A stretch of 64,000 nt of DNA from Negaprion brevirostris. Its lineage: Eukaryota. The notes beneath the pieces are model-generated. The model was not told the origin of the DNA and made no database searches. It saw only the letters and a program-made list of their open reading frames with translations. The stretch is from assembly GCA_030324005.1 (NCBI GenBank), contig JARDVH010000146.1, forward strand, positions 13,763,704-13,827,703, in the 5' to 3' direction. Positions 49,430-60,495 of this stretch are shown piece after piece; within the stretch, counting starts at the first letter, position 1, and every line of letters starts with the position of its first letter. The position numbers and the translations under genes are program-made.

Positions 49430-51700
49430 TTAGAATCGTAGAATCGACTGCATGGAGATAGGTCCCTCAGCCCAAACTGGTCCATGCTGACCAAAAAGCC
49501 CGTGTAAACCAACCTCATTTGCCTGCATTTGGCCCATATCCCTCTAAACATTTCCTATCCATGTGTCTGCCCAAAAGTCCCTGCATCAACCACTTGCTCC
49601 GGTGGCGCATTGCAAGTACCACCCACTGTGTAAAAAAAAAAGTTGCTTCTCAGGTTCTGATTGATTGATTTTTTTTCTCTCATTTTAAGTTAAACCTATG
49701 CCATCGATTCCCCAATCCTGGAAAAAAGACTGAGTGCATTCACGCTGTCCGTGCCTCATCATCTTACACACCTCTATAAGATCACCCTTCAGTCTCCTTC
49801 GCTCCAAAGGAAAAAGTCCTAGCCTGTCCAATCTCTCTCTGTAACTCAGTTGCTTGAGTCCTACAACATCCTTGTAAATCTCTTCTGCACTCTCTCCAGT
49901 TTAATAACACCTTTCCTANNNNNNNNNNAGGCGACCAAAACTGAACACATTACTCCAGGTGCGGCCTCACCTATATGCCGTACAACTGCAACATAACTTC
50001 CCAACTTCTATACTCACTGCCCTGACTGATGAAGGCCAGCATGCCAAAAGTCTTCTTCACTGCCCTATCTACCTGTGACTGCACCTTTAGAGAACAGTAC
50101 ACTTGAACTCCAAGGTCCCTTCTGTTCCCCAATACTCCCTAAGATCCTACCTTTTACTGTGAAAGTCCTATTTTGATTTGCCTTTCCAAAATGTAACACT
50201 TCACACTTATCTGTATTGAACTCTATTTGCCATTTCTCAGCCCAATTCCCCAGCTGATCAAGATCCTGCTGCAAATTTTGATAACCTTTCACACTGTCTA
50301 CACTATCACCTATTTTAGTGTCATCTGCAAACTTACTGATCATGCCTTGTACATTCTCATCCAAATCATTGATATTGATAACAAACAGCAATGGGCCCAG
50401 CACTGACCCCTGAGACACACCATTAGNNNNNNNNNNNNNNNNNNNNNNNNNNNNNNNNNNNNCAAGTTGCCAGCTCTCCCAGATTTCATGTGATCTAACC
50501 TTCCAGAGCAGCCTACCATGTGGAACTTTATCAAAGGCCTTACTGAAGTCCACATAGTCTATGTGTACTGCCGTGCCGTCATCAACCGTCCTTGACACTT
50601 CATCAAAGAACTCAAACAAATTTGTAAGGCATGATCTCCCGTGCACAAAGCCATGCTGACTACTCCTGATCAAACACTGTCTTTCCAAATGCCTGTATAT
50701 CTTATCCCTCAGAATTGTCTCTAGTAACTTACCCATCACAGATGTTAGGCTTACAGGTCTATAATTCCCAGATGTTTCTTTGCAGCCATTCTTAAATTAG
50801 GGCACAACATTTGCTTCCCTCCAGTCTTCTAGGGTATCTCTCCTGTGTCTCTCCTGTGGCTAACGATGATGCAAACACCTCAGCCAGGGCTGTCAGAATT
50901 TTTTCTCTAGCCTCAGTGTTCTTGGATATACCTGGTCAGGGCCAGGAGTTTTATCCACCTTCATACATTTTAATATATCCATCACCACCTCTATTGAAAT
51001 GCAAACTTTCTCCAGTTATTGCCACTAATTTTCCCAGATTGCCATGTCATTTTATCTTTTCTCCAGGGTAAATAAGAGGGAAAAATATTTATTGAGAACC
51101 TTGCCCATCTCCTGCAATTCTACACGTGTGTCCATCTTAGTCCTTCAAGGGTCCTATTCTCTCTCTACTTATTCTTTTTCTTTTAATATACATAAAGAAT
51201 NNNNNNNNNNNNNNNNNNNNNNNNNNNNNNNNNNNNNNNNNNNNNNNNNNNNNNNNNNNNNNNNNNNNNNNNNNNNNNNNNNNNNNNNNNNNNNNNNNNN
51301 ATCTTTTGTCATCCAGGGTTCCCTACTCCTGCCAGCCTTTTCCTTAACACTAACAGGAAAATGTAGATCCTGAACTCCAGCTATTGCACTTTTAAAGGAC
51401 TCCCACTTGCTGGAGGATTCTGCCCTCAAACAAGCTACTCCAGTCAATTCTTACATGGTCCTGCCTAATTCCATCAAAATTCACCTTGCCTAATTTAGAA
51501 CTTGCACCTATGGACCAGTTTTGTCCCTTTTCCATAACTATTTTAAAATTTAAAAAAATCACTGGTCCCAAAGTGGTCCCCCACCATCACTTCAGCCACT
51601 TGCCCTGCACTGTTTCCCAAGAGGAGATCAAGTTTTGCCCTTTCCCAAATAGGACCCCCCACAGACTGCCTGAGGAAACTTTCCTGAACATACTTAGGAT
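49430..51700 (-). mobile_element. 5'-truncated CR1 LINE, ~2.3 kb
   Basis: ORF 50065-50739 has QHGFVHGRSCLTNL, DFSKAFDKVPH, GVSQGSVLGP and KFADDTK. The CR1 tail lies at 49430-49520. Confidence 0.9.
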
Positions 51701-51933
51701 AATAGATCAATCAAGTTGGAGGGAACACAGTCTTTGTGTCTTGATTTCATTGGAGTCAGAGGTCTGAATTCGCTAAGTCTATCAGAAGCAGTTGTCGCCC
51801 AGGGGAACTCTGACAGTCTGCAGTCTCCCTAAAACAAAGTCAGGATTGATTTTTTTTTTGACATCTTTTGTTACCATGGTTTGACTATAACTTTTCTAGA
51901 ATGCTCATGATTGTTTTTGGATGATCTTTACAG

Positions 51934-52006
51934 ATTTCAGATCACCTGACAGTTCCTGCTTCCGGTCGAGGCTCACCACCAGGGAAAAAATCAGGAAATG
52001 AGCCAG
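51934..52006 (+). CDS. slc9a1: NHE1-type coding exon 11 (73 bp)
   Basis: atctttacag|ATT ... CCAG|gtaagg. Translates ISDHLTVPASGRGSPPGKKSGNEP, aligning with NHE1 INNYLTVPAHKLDSP. Phase 0 in, phase 1 out. Confidence 0.85.
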
Positions 52007-52419
52007 GTAAGGAAATGGACCGACCAACTTCATGCTTCCCCGCCGGGCCGGGGTGGCCGAGACCCCAGTTTTATCATCAGACTCGAAAGCAAAGCATTGT
52101 ACCCCATGCAGTTTTGTGATCCTGGGAACTTTCAGTTAGAGTCTAAGTTCAAACTTCAGAATCTCAGCTGGCTCCTCAGCAAATCTATCAGAGTCATATT
52201 AATGAGTTTAAGCCACCCTGCCGACATGTGCGTCGAGCACAGTAACAACTAAGCCAATCGGCCCTGCTTTGCATCTCCCAGACTTGTTCAAACTCATCCC
52301 TCACCCATGCTGTTCGTACTGCATGTTGCTGCATATTTAGATAACTTTCTATTGTGGGCAGGGGATACCTATGAGACTAAAGAGAAAACACAACTTTAAG
52401 GGAACATAACTTTTAAGAG

Positions 52420-52778
52420 AAGGCAATAGCCCCATTGTATTATCGCTAGATTATTAACTCAAACTCAGCTAATGTTCTGGGGACCTGAGTTCAAATCCTG
52501 CCATGGCATGTAGTGGAATTTGAATTCAATAAAAAATACCTGGAATTAAGAATCTACTGATGACCATGAAATCATTGTCGATTGTCGGAAAAATTCATCT
52601 GGTTCACTAATGTCCTTTAAGGAAGGAAATCTGCTGTCTTTAACTGGTCTGGCTTACCTGTGACTCCAGAGCTACAGCAATGTGATTGACGCTAGATTGC
52701 TCTCAGGCAGCTAAGGGTGGGCAATAAATGCTGGCCAGCCAGCAACACCCATGTCCCAAACATGAATATTTTAAAAAA
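52420..52778 (+). mobile_element. tRNA-derived SINE whose tail matches the LINE family at 6030-6425
   Basis: B box gagttcaaatcc, and tail gggcaataaatgctggccagccagcaacacccatgtccc...gaata. Confidence 0.75.
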
Positions 52779-52844
52779 ATTATATAGTACCTTCTGGACA
52801 TCCAGCCAACGAAATTTTTTTTGAGATATAGCTACTGGGCAAAT

Positions 52845-53150
52845 AGCAGTCCATTTATGCACAGCAAAATTCTACAATGGGAGTGAGATAAATGACTCAA
52901 AAATTGTTTTAATGATATTGTTTGAAGGATAAATATTGGCCAGGATATCAGAGAAAGCTCCTTTGCAGTAGTGCCATAGAATCTTTTACATTCACTTGAG
53001 AGGACAGTTGGGGCACCAGTGTAATGTCTCATCCAAAAGAGGACATCTCCACCAGAACACCACTCCCTTAGGGCGCTGTTGAAGGGTCAATTTAGATTTT
53101 GTATTCGAGCTTAGAGAGAATCTTCTGAGTCTACTGAACTAAGACCGGAA
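52845..53150 (-). mobile_element. Deu-domain SINE, old copy
   Basis: gaaggataaatattggccagga...gtctcatccaaaag is the reverse complement of the core at 33358-33680. Confidence 0.7.
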
Positions 53151-54464
53151 CCTAAGAAATTCAAATTTTGCCAAGAAGTCACATTAGTAGTGACCATCTG
53201 AGCGAACTTAATTGTCTCCAAGCTGCATTGCAGCCCACAATACAGTGCTTACAGACTGAGAGGTGTTGGTCCCACAATCCCACATTTAAATTAAAAATTC
53301 AGACTCTGATTTGAAAGATGTNNNNNNNNNNNNNNNNNNNNNNNNNNNNNNNNNNNNNNNNNNNNNNNNNNNNNNNNNNNNNNNNNNNNNNNNNNNNNNN
53401 NNNNNNNNNNNNNNNNNNNNNCCCCCTCTCTCTTCCTGCTGCACACTCCTCCTTCCTGTCTTCACTGTTTGTTCTTCCTGCCCCCTCCCCCGCCCATGCC
53501 TTATTAATTCTGATTCTCTCTGTATTGCCCTCCTCCCTCAGGAGTGTTGATTCCATGTGTTTATTTCCATGGGGATTTTAGCTGGTACACGTCAGGTAAT
53601 CATTCCTCAAGCATGAGTTTAGTCAGCAGAAAATGATTTGACTGCAGGAGACAACACACCAATCTAAAGTGTGGATTTTCCAGCAGGATGAGGGACTTAA
53701 CACCCTGCCCTGGGGGAATTATATATCATCTGCGGCCACCATGATTTTCTGTGGTGTATGTCAGAAGCTAATAGGGGAATTATTTATGCTAGGAAGGGGG
53801 AGTGAGTGGGGAGAGATTTGAAAGCTGTAATACCCATGTACTCTGATGTTTATTGAACTGTTTTTGCTGTGTTGTAACCTAATATGATGGGTCACTGACA
53901 AGTCACAGGCTTACAGCATCATGTTGGCTGCTCTCCAGACACTTATTTCAGGTCCCACCTTGACTCACTGGCATCTGATTCACTGCTGACCTTTCATCTC
54001 TGCCGTCTCCTGTCTCTGTTGTAACAATTTTCTGGCATTTCTCTGTTCAATCATGCTCTCTCCTGCTCACCCACCAACCGTTTAATATCCCACCCAATCT
54101 AATCCCACTCTCTTCACTCCCAACACAGAGTTAATATGCCACCCAGTCAAATAGGTGCGGCAACTTCTGATTCTGTACTGCAGATGAGGATATTAAAGGG
54201 GTAATATTCTCCTGATTGTGTAAATACTGGGTGAACGTACTCCTTGTTTTCTGCTGTTGCTGTGAATTGATTTCCCTGAATGTAAGTATCCAGGATTCAC
54301 TGCATACCCGAGGCTCAATGTCAGTTTAATAATAGCCTTTAAATGAAAGTATTGATTTCATGTTATGTTGCTATCCCAGGACTTTCGGAGAAGAGATGTT
54401 GTTTTTGTTTTTCCCGTCCATGCATCGCCAGGATATGCTGACTTTGGCGAGGCACAAATTTCAC

Positions 54465-54660
54465 AAACAGAAAATACGAGAAAATTTCAGCAGGTCTGAC
54501 AGCATCTGTGGAGGGAGAATAGAGCCAATATTTCAAGATTAGATGAGTATCATGGAACCTCAGCTCTATTCTCTCCCCACAGATCCTTTCAGACCTGCTG
54601 AAATTTTCTAGTATTTTCTGTTTTGTTTCAGATTCCAGTATCTGCAGTATTTTGGTGTTA
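54465..54660. mobile_element. Palindromic Penelope-derived repeat (~60 bp inverted arms)
   Basis: aaacagaaaatacgagaaaatttcagcaggtctga...gagaatagagc (54465-54526) pairs with gctctattctc...tcagacctgctgaaattttctagtattttctgttt (54562-54623). Confidence 0.75.
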
Positions 54661-54752
54661 TCCATAGAAAATAGGATGATATTTATAATGTTCGGGTAAG
54701 ATGGGCCGGAGTGGGGGAGATTCATGGAATTGACAAAGCTCTCATGGACAAG

Positions 54753-54871
54753 AAGACAAAGGAATTGTATTTACTGCACATGATGAAAGCGGTTCACCAA
54801 GTCAACGTGTACATCGCTTTCTTAGTGACCCTGGACCAGATAATGAACCTGATGATCATCGCCAGTCATAG
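54753..54871 (+). CDS. slc9a1: 3' portion of the terminal coding exon of the NHE1-type gene (5' boundary uncertain)
   Basis: Frame reads EDKGIVFTAHDESGSPSQRVHRFLSDPGPDNEPDDHRQS*, with TAG at 54869-54871. It matches the conserved NHE1 C-terminal SPSSQRIQRCLSDPGP. There is an in-frame TGA at 54731-54733 upstream and no good acceptor, so the start coordinate is a guess. Confidence 0.7.
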
Positions 54872-55589
54872 AACTGACTGAGACGGAGGAAGCTGCAAAC
54901 CTCCAGCTTCTGCCAGCATTACTCATCACCCCAAAGTCTACCAGCAGCCTGCTTCTCAAAGTGTCATTCGGGGGATAAGATTGATTCTTCCTGTTATGTT
55001 CTGATGTCTCACAGAATATAGATACAGAGCTTACAACGGAGAGTAAGTTACACAGAAGGAAAAACTGTCTACAGGAAGGCAGCTGAAATTCTGTTTGATT
55101 TTTTTAACACATTTTTGCAAGAAGCACAACAGATGTTAGTACTGCCTTGTCTTGGCTGCACTGCCTGAATTACACTACTGATAGGTCTTGTTGTCTGGGC
55201 TGTGGTGTTTGCTAAATATTATCTCTAGACACAACACCCTGGTAAATGCAACAATACCATCACTTCCTAGAGTGAGGGACCACACAAAATAAGACACTTG
55301 GAGAAACTGGCTGTGATTGAGAAGACAGGGGTAGCTCAAGCACGCAATATGTGATTCAAAACCAAAGATGAACTTTATTTTTCTAGTTGTTATCAGGGGC
55401 TCTTTTTTCATCAGGTTGTAATTACGGGACTCCATTTTTGTTTATTTCCGAATGTAATCGAAAGAAAATCATTGCTGTATGTCCAGAAACCCTGTACTGT
55501 ACTAAAACTGTCTGAAATGAGAGCATTTCAAACTCGCAGATTGCACTAAATTTCAGAGTGGCAACAGGGACCAAATACAACAGCTCCCA

Positions 55590-55950
55590 CTAGCCGAGCC
55601 TCGGTCAAACTGGCTCTCTGAACCAAGCTCCAGCTGAGGCCTGCTCGGAACGGCTCCAGCCAGGCAATGGCTAGTCGGAGTGGCCCCAGTCTACCAAGGC
55701 CCTTTCCAAGCAACTCCAGCCAACTGAGACTCGGTCGGAACAGCTCCGGCCAGCCAAGGCCTCGGTCCAACGGTTCCCTGAGGGCGGGGCGGCTCCAGCT
55801 GGCCGAGGCCTCGGTCCAACAGTTCCCCATGGCCGGGGCGGCTCCAGCCAGCCAAGGCCTCGGTCCAACGGTTCCCCATAGCCAGGGTGGCTCCAGCCGG
55901 CCAAGGCCTCAGTCCAACGGTTCCCCATGGCCGGGGTGGCACCAGCCAGC
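55590..55950. repeat. GC-rich minisatellite: four 49-bp units plus shorter degenerate units
   Basis: Units start at 55742, 55791, 55840 and 55889 (ggctccagcc(a/g)gccaaggcctcggtccaacggttccccatggccggggc). Related ~27-bp subunits lie at 55590-55741. Confidence 0.9.
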
Positions 55951-57153
55951 TGGTGTGGGGTGGCTTCAACCACCAAACTGTATAACCACTATTTCAAATA
56001 TTGAAATTGAAGGCGTGTGGAGGTGGGCCTATGTAGCAGAGCACAAAGGTGGATTCAGTGTGACGCAGGAGCAATGGCATCAGTAATTAAGAAAACTGCA
56101 TTGGACATTTTTATAAATTATATGAAGTTGAACTACAACTGCAGCACTTACACCAGCGCATCACAATCATACAGTTCGGAGTGAAGGTAGGGCTTATTTA
56201 GCCTCAATGTATGAATTTCTGTCCCCTTGTCTCACTGCTATAAACAGGCTATCTCTGCAAGTCAGCAGTCAGGGAGGGGAGCAAGGTCATAGGGATGATG
56301 AGTGTGTGCTGGTGTTGTCAGATGATTTGCTACGATTGCTAGTTGCCTTTAAGAAAATTAACTGATCCATTTTTGCACTTTCCCATTCAAAATAATTAGC
56401 TTATGTAAGTCACAGCACTCAAAGAAAATGTGATTGAATGTGTTATGTGCTTCTTGGTGTTTGGAGTATGTTGTGAGTCGCTACAATGCTGAGATTTTTT
56501 TATGTTTTTCATATGTTTTTATATTTGTTGGAAGAGGTTAGGGGTATTTGATTAATTCTCATTATTGCTGTGCCCATGCAGTATCACCAGTCAAGAGTAT
56601 GGAGCATTGTTCCCATGTAAGGCCTGGAAATTGCAGCAAGTGCAGGCCAGAGCAAGCACCTCTGAGTGCTCAGTTTGTCCAGATGTATGTAGACAGTGAG
56701 GAGAGCTCTGTGATACCTCAGTGTCCTCCCCCATCTTAATTTGGATCACATTCTAAATGAAGAAGTGCGGCAGAGTGAAATTGCAAAAGCTGCAGCAAGC
56801 TGTTCACCTTGAATAGACAGTGGACTGGATGGCTGCAGTTATGCAACAATTCAGAGCAGATTGGTTACATCTTATCAGCTGTCTTCTCAAATGAGATTGA
56901 ACCAGTAACACGTAATCAAACATTGATGTTGTGCATCTGTTGGAGGTGCTGAAAATGAACTGTCGGCACAAACTTGACTCGTTCTGTTCTCCATTTGCTT
57001 GCATCATTTCCGCAACACCTAATTGTGAAACACTCTTTCCTAGTATCTCTCGTTCCCAACCGCGTTTAGTGCAGAAGGCCTCCTCATACCAAGCTACTGC
57101 AGATCTCATTTTTAATAATGTGTATATAACTGAAATACTACCAAAATATTATT

Positions 57154-57159
57154 AATAAA
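57154..57159 (+). promoter_or_regulatory. Candidate polyadenylation signal
   Basis: AATAAA at the end of the TE-poor tract, followed by T-rich sequence. Confidence 0.45.
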
Positions 57160-58458
57160 ATTATATGAATTATTTCATCTTATGGTTTCATTCATCGGTT
57201 TCAATCAACATTTTGTAATTGGATGTTTAGAGATTGGCCAGTTACTTGGCAGGTATGAACATGAATGTATTGGGTGATCTAAAATTATAGTGGCTGTAGA
57301 AGGAGCAAACAGCCTGATTCATTATCAAAATCCTGAGCAAGAAATGAAGGTTTAACCCAGCAATATTTTTCATCCATGTCCCTGTATATTCCATCTTGGA
57401 TTTTTTCCTACGCACTTCAGCTTACCCTGTATTATACAGCAATGTGTCACCTGCTGGAGAGAATGCCGGTGTTAGTGGCTGACTGATAAATGGTAATGTG
57501 AATGTTACAAGCTGAGGGTAACCTTTGGAGGCAAGAAGAGGTGACAGCACCTGGTACTGTATTCTCAGTGGCCCCTGGTGTTCTCAGTAGAACTGGTATT
57601 TCCAGGCAGTCATCCATCCAAATTGAATGGATTTGTTTCAATTTTTATTCATTTAACATGAAATAAATTTACAAAGTTATGATAATTCCATTAACAGTTA
57701 CGAACATCAGAAATTAAGGTTCACTTTGTCTCCTACGCCATATTAACCTACTAAATTTGAAACAGTGGCTAAACAATGCCATCCTTAAATTTCTTTCAGA
57801 ATGATCAGTCTACAAAATCTTAATGCTCTTTCAGATGTATTATTCTCCCTTTACAAAGCATCATTGCACACTGCTAATACTGGCCACACTGAACATTACG
57901 TTCATCTCTGTTTAAACTCAGGCAGACTCCCCTGTAAATCCCATCTCGAGACAGAGCCCTGTGGAATTTCCAGTTCCATGCTTTGGCCCTCAACCAACAA
58001 GAAAATCTCATAACTGTGTAACATCGTGCTCAAGGTTACTTAACTGCAGACATAAGACCAATAAAGAGGACAGTCTTATTCTGTGTCATGTACACTGGGC
58101 AGGTTATCGCCTCCACTCCATTTTACAAGAAGCAGTCTCAGGGTAAATATCTGGTTGTGAATCAATTTAAATCTTGTTCAGTCCACTCTGAAGACCTGAA
58201 ATTCACAACCACGCCTTTCCAAATCCTGGTAAAGTTTAGCTGTCAATCAAAATTTCCAAGAAGCCGTAATCTTGAATAACCCTTCTCCGTATCAATCTCA
58301 GGTATTGCAGATTTCTAATTGGATAAATTCATCATTCAGCTGAAAGTTGAGAAAAGCAGCGCACATTTCCCTACCTAGTAACTTTCACATTTAATTCTGT
58401 CATTCGTAATCCTGTGCGAGTTATTTTTTGCATATGATCCTAATTTTTCCTCTACCTC

Positions 58459-58627
58459 AGCACAGCGGAACAGTGGTTAACACTGCTGCCTCACAGCTCC
58501 AGGGACCCAGGTTCAACTCTGGCCTTGGGTGACTGGAGTTTACACATTCTCCCTGTGTCTGCAAGGGTTTCCTCCAGTTGCTCTGGTTTCCCTCCACAGT
58601 CCAAAGATGTGCAGGTTAGGTGGATTG
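58459..58627 (+). mobile_element. HE1-like SINE, 3'-truncated
   Basis: acagtggttaacactgctgcctcacagctccagggacccaggttcaactc...gttaggtggattg. Confidence 0.8.
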
Positions 58628-58781
58628 CTACTCCCACAGCTTTCCTCATTGAGCCTCCAGATTTTGTCACCGGCATCCAGCACTGAGACTAATCCAAAAT
58701 TGGAAACACATTTCCAATTACTCTGTGTTGGTGCATTACTGAACCACAACTAGAAACACAATTCTAATTACTCCACTGTCT

Positions 58782-59160
58782 TAACATATGAATTAGGAGC
58801 AGGAGTAGACCATCCAACTCATCAAGCCTGCTCCACCATTCAATAAGGTCATGGCTGATCTAATTGTAACCTCAACCTCACATTCCTGCTTACTCCCTAA
58901 CTACTCACCTCCTTGTTAATCAAGAATCTATCTAGTTCAGCCTTAAAAAATATTCAAAGACTCTGCTTCCACCACCTTTTGAGGAAGGGTGTTCCAGAGA
59001 CACTCAGCCCTCTGAGGAAAAAAAGTTCCTTCATCTCTCTTAAGTGAGCCATCCTTAATTTTCAACAATGAGCCCGAGCTCTAGATTCTCTGACTAGAGG
59101 AAACATCTGCTCCACATCCACCCTACTGATAGCCCTCAGGTTATCTAAAGTTTAAGAAAT
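58782..59160 (-). mobile_element. CR1 3' end
   Basis: aacatatgaattaggagcaggagtagaccatccaactc...aagaatctatctagttcagccttaaa. Confidence 0.7.
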
Positions 59161-59169
59161 ATTTAATTT

Positions 59170-60490
59170 TTGGGAAAAATAATGAATAGGTCTATTTTTA
59201 TCCACTCAGATGTCCATTGAAATTTCCTGTGCTTTTTCAGCAATCCAGTTGGTGCAATCACACTGCTTAAATGTGGCACAAATTTCCTGCAGAAACCACT
59301 CATGCCTAGGAATCTCAGCACTTCTCTCCTTATTGACGGCATTGGGAACTCCCCAGTGACTTTAGGTTTTAAATTCCGTGGGGTCATCTGTCCATATTCA
59401 ATCGTATGGCCTAAGAATGTGACTTGGGCTTTTGCAAATACGTTTTAGCCAAGTTTAGCACCAATCCTATCTCCTGTAGTCGAATGAACAATTCCTTTAA
59501 ATGTTCCAAATCCTCCTTCCACATCTGACTGAAAACCATTGGATCATCTCTACACTGAACAATTATTTAGTCCAGAAATGATCTTGTTGGTTAATCTTCG
59601 GAATGTTGCTGGCACATTCTTCTTTCCAAAAAGCATGACTTTATGAAACAAACCATTTGACATTACAAAAGCCAAAACTTCTTCACCCTTTCTGATAAAA
59701 GTATTTATCAGTATTCTTTAAGTAAATCAAGTTTAGTAATAAAATTTGCTTGTCTCACCTTTTCAACACAGTCAATTGAGGAATAGGATACAAATCTGAC
59801 TTTGTAACCACCTTAACATATAATCGTTGTATACTATGTGATTTTGGTACCATCACTAAACATGGGCTCCAATTGCTGCAACTCACTTCAATGGCATTGT
59901 TCTTAAGCATGCTTTCAACCTCCGATTGAACCTGTGCCAATTTTCTATACGGATGTTGCTTAATTGGAGCAGCATTTCCTACATCTACATTATGCACAAT
60001 TATTTTTGTATTTTCTAGTTTGCTCCCACATACTGTTCAACATGATCATATTAACACTTTTGCGTCATTTTGTTTTTCCTCCAGAAGGCAACTCAGTAAT
60101 TTTTCACAATTTCTGATTACTTCCTTATTGTCCAATCTAATTTGAGGAATGTCAAGTTCAGAACCATCTGGATTTGTTTCTTTACTTTGAGTTGTAACAA
60201 CCAGCACATCCTCCATCTGCTTTCCTTCTCTATCAAAATACCATTTTAGCATATTAACATGATGTATTGTGAGTTTTCCTTCTATCTAGCATTCTTATCA
60301 AATAATTTACCTCACTTAATTTACTTTCAATTTGATAAGGCCTGCTAAACTTTGCTTTTAACGGTTCACCTACCACTGGTAATAATACTAATACTTTGTC
60401 TCCACTAACAAATCTTCCAAATTTTTGATCACTTCTCAGCTTCCTTTTTCTTCACATGCTGTGCCACTTTTAACTGTTACCTAGCCAACT
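59170..60490 (-). mobile_element. Degenerate Gypsy fragment with integrase upstream of RT (Gmr1-like)
   Basis: Reading the minus strand: GDKVLVLLPVVGEPLKAKFSRPYQIESKLSEVNYLI...VNMLKWY (integrase C-terminus), then VDVGNAAPIKQHPYR...SNWSP, then LRFLGMSGFCRKFVP (RT). Confidence 0.75.
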
Positions 60491-60495
60491 CATAC

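Larger units (their letters stand above)
54872..57180 (+). other. Putative 3' UTR of the NHE1-type gene
   Basis: About 2.3 kb nearly free of recognisable SINE/LINE copies, directly after the stop codon and ending near an AATAAA in an AT-rich context. Confidence 0.5.

Noticed and set aside
55546-56086. Several overlapping ORFs with repeated peptides, and a superficially CRISPR-like periodicity
   Set aside because: They are produced by a GC-rich head-to-tail minisatellite. There are no unique spacers and no cas genes, and the context is eukaryotic.
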